Source: a virus. From it: a DNA stretch of 6,236 nucleotides. Made by a program: the position numbers and the translations under genes. Numbering within the stretch: the stretch's first letter is position 1; each line of letters begins with the position of its first letter. Shown piece after piece: positions 5,282-6,236 of the stretch. Where the stretch lies: positions 1-6,236 of the IMG/VR virus record IMGVR_UViG_3300045988_075588; one strand, 5' to 3'. Under the pieces are notes generated by a model. That model was not told where the DNA came from, did no database searches, and worked only from the letters and a program-made list of their open reading frames with translations.

Positions 5282-5294
5282 AAATTATAACATT

Positions 5295-5612
5295 ATGAAA
5301 TATTCAAAACCAACAAAAAACAACGGGAGACTAGAATCCATAGAAATTTATGAAGGCGAAAGCATTGAAACAAAATGCGCAAGAGTACTGGAAAGTGGTG
5401 AACCAATCACAGACACCGCACCAATAATCTATACAGCAAAAGAAGATGGAGTACTACCGGCATACAATATCCGTACAGACAGATTCGATATCGCAATGGA
5501 CGCATACGATAAAATAACAAAAAATTCGGCAAAAAAGGAAATAGCACCTAAGCCGGAAAATTTCGGAAATGTACCTAATAAAACAGACGGAGGGTCACCA
5601 AGTGAAAACTAA
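5295..5612 (+). CDS. Hypothetical 105-aa acidic/Pro-rich protein. It may be an internal scaffolding (VP3-like) protein, inferred from position only.
   Basis: The ORF-track ORF 5256-5612 overlaps the VP1 end. The ATG at 5295, 13 nt after the VP1 stop, is the more parsimonious start. The gene lies between VP1 and VP2. No motif that I can name with confidence. Confidence 0.65.
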   Translation: MKYSKPTKNNGRLESIEIYEGESIETKCARVLESGEPITDTAPIIYTAKEDGVLPAYNIRTDRFDIAMDAYDKITKNSAKKEIAPKPENFGNVPNKTDGGSPSEN

Positions 5613-5616
5613 ACTG

Positions 5617-5636
5617 TTTGAAAAGGTATTTTCAAA
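5617..5636 (+). other. 8-bp A/T-rich hairpin just after the 5295-5612 ORF
   Basis: tttgaaaa (5617-5624) / ggta loop / ttttcaaa (5629-5636) is a perfect inverted repeat. No downstream T tract. Confidence 0.5.
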
Positions 5637-5639
5637 GCC

Positions 5640-5712
5640 TTGTAGGTAACAAGCACTTCGGAGTATTGTCCGGTTAAATTACCGGATAATACACGAAAGT
5701 ACGCACCTACAA
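5640..5712 (+). other. 73-nt rod-like imperfect hairpin (about 28 bp). It is a candidate ssDNA replication/packaging signal or an RNA structure.
   Basis: Four helices paired by hand. Basal helix 5640-5647/5705-5712 (8 bp). Then 5653-5654/5703-5704 (2 bp). Then 5655-5660/5694-5700 (6 bp, one bulged A). Apical helix 5663-5674/5681-5692 (12 bp including one G-T) with loop taaatt. Confidence 0.7.
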
Positions 5713-5736
5713 TTTAATATCAAGTAATATGAATAT

Positions 5737-5756
5737 CGCTTTGAAACATCAAAGCG
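5737..5756 (+). other. 8-bp hairpin 18 nt upstream of the VP2 start
   Basis: cgctttga (5737-5744) / aaca loop / tcaaagcg (5749-5756) is a perfect inverted repeat. Confidence 0.55.
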
Positions 5757-5773
5757 CGAAAATGTAAATAATT

Positions 5774-6236
5774 ATGATAGGAGCAATAATGGGAATAGGA
5801 GGAGCTCTAATGGGAGCACTCAACGCAAATAGCGCAAGCAGCCAAAGTTGGCAAAAGCAACACCAACTAATGGAAATACAAGCTGAATTGAACAGGAAAA
5901 ACGCCAAATTCAATACAGCCCAGGCAAAAGAAATGTGGAATTACACCAACTTTGAAAACCAAATGAAACACATAAAAGAAGCAGGACTAAGCCCGGGATT
6001 GATTTATGGAATGGGAGGACAAGGGGGTTCGACACAAGGAGCAGGAGCTGCAAACGGAGTAGGACTACCTCAAGACCAATCCGTAGGAATGGGTCTAAGA
6101 GCACAGGAAATCGGAGTAGAAATGGCAAACGCACTAAGTCAAATCAAACTTAACGAAAGCCAAGCAGACAAAAACAATGCCGAAGCAAATAAGATTAAAG
6201 GCGTAGATACAGAAGCACAAAAAGCTACCATTGACA
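5774..6236 (+). CDS. VP2: VP2-like DNA pilot / minor capsid protein, N-terminal part. It runs off the window end, and bases 6182-6236 duplicate 1-55.
   Basis: The ATG at 5774 is the first start after an in-frame TAA at 5765-5767, and no stop occurs up to 6236. Hand translation gives MIGAIMGIGGALMGALNANSASSQSWQKQHQLMEIQAELNRKNAKFNTAQAKEMWNYTNFENQMKHIKEAGLSPGLIYGMGGQGGSTQGAGAANGVGLPQDQ... The N-terminus is a glycine-zipper-like hydrophobic segment and a Gly-rich stretch follows, as in microvirus pilot proteins. The ORF is absent from the ORF track because it is truncated at the window edge. Confidence 0.8.
   Translation, partial: MIGAIMGIGGALMGALNANSASSQSWQKQHQLMEIQAELNRKNAKFNTAQAKEMWNYTNFENQMKHIKEAGLSPGLIYGMGGQGGSTQGAGAANGVGLPQDQSVGMGLRAQEIGVEMANALSQIKLNESQADKNNAEANKIKGVDTEAQKATID
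6182..6236. repeat. Terminal redundancy copy 2, identical to 1-55
   Basis: Exact 55/55 identity with the window start. Confidence 0.97.

Noticed and set aside
5256-5294. Upstream ATG (5256) for the 105-aa ORF, overlapping the VP1 3' end.
   Set aside because: It adds 13 residues (MQNRFLTYKNYNI) and overlaps VP1. The ATG at 5295 lies just after the VP1 stop. I cannot exclude the longer form.
5729-5767. 12-aa upstream ORF (MNIALKHQSAKM) ending 6 nt before the VP2 start and containing the 5737-5756 hairpin.
   Set aside because: It is too short to assess and has no translation signal. The hairpin itself is the more reliable observation.
1-6236. CRISPR array, transposon or IS ends, integrase, toxin-antitoxin pair, rRNA.
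   Set aside because: There are no regularly spaced repeats, no terminal inverted repeats flanking a transposase, and no ORF with recombinase motifs. The only long repeat is the 55-nt circularisation overlap.

Overview
The window is one complete, circularly permuted genome of a small ssDNA phage of the family Microviridae. It is a non-phiX174 lineage, gokusho/alpavirus-like. Bases 1-55 are repeated exactly at 6182-6236, so the unit length is 6181 nt. All credible genes lie on the + strand, which is visibly A-rich. Three hallmark genes are recognisable directly from the translations. (1) The major capsid protein VP1 (3347-5281) has conserved microvirus F-protein blocks. (2) The rolling-circle replication initiator VP4 (633-1673) has FLTLT, HLH (HUH) and YxxKY motifs. 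(3) A pilot/minor capsid VP2-like protein starts at 5774, runs off the window end and continues at 1-630 through the circular junction. Between VP4 and VP1 lie a roughly 380-nt gene-free gap and a roughly 1.3-kb cassette of six tightly packed small ORFs that I cannot assign to any family. Two of these (52 and 59 aa) are below the ORF-track cutoff. The gap holds a compositionally anomalous GC-rich multi-hairpin island (about 1734-1941). Downstream of it is the only full match in the window to the Bacteroidetes promoter consensus (TTTG-N19-TAnnTTTG, 1996-2026), which suggests a Bacteroidetes host and one genome-length polycistronic transcript. A second structured intergenic region (5613-5773) contains a 73-nt rod-like hairpin with 28 base pairs. 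The items most worth follow-up are the GC-rich island, the rod hairpin, the orphan ORF cassette (including a 68-aa signal-anchor/lipoprotein-like candidate lysis or exclusion protein) and the uniform TAA-NN-ATG gene junctions. No tRNA, rRNA, CRISPR array, transposase or integrase is visible. Nothing here was folded computationally or searched against databases. All structures were paired by eye and all family calls rest on remembered motifs.
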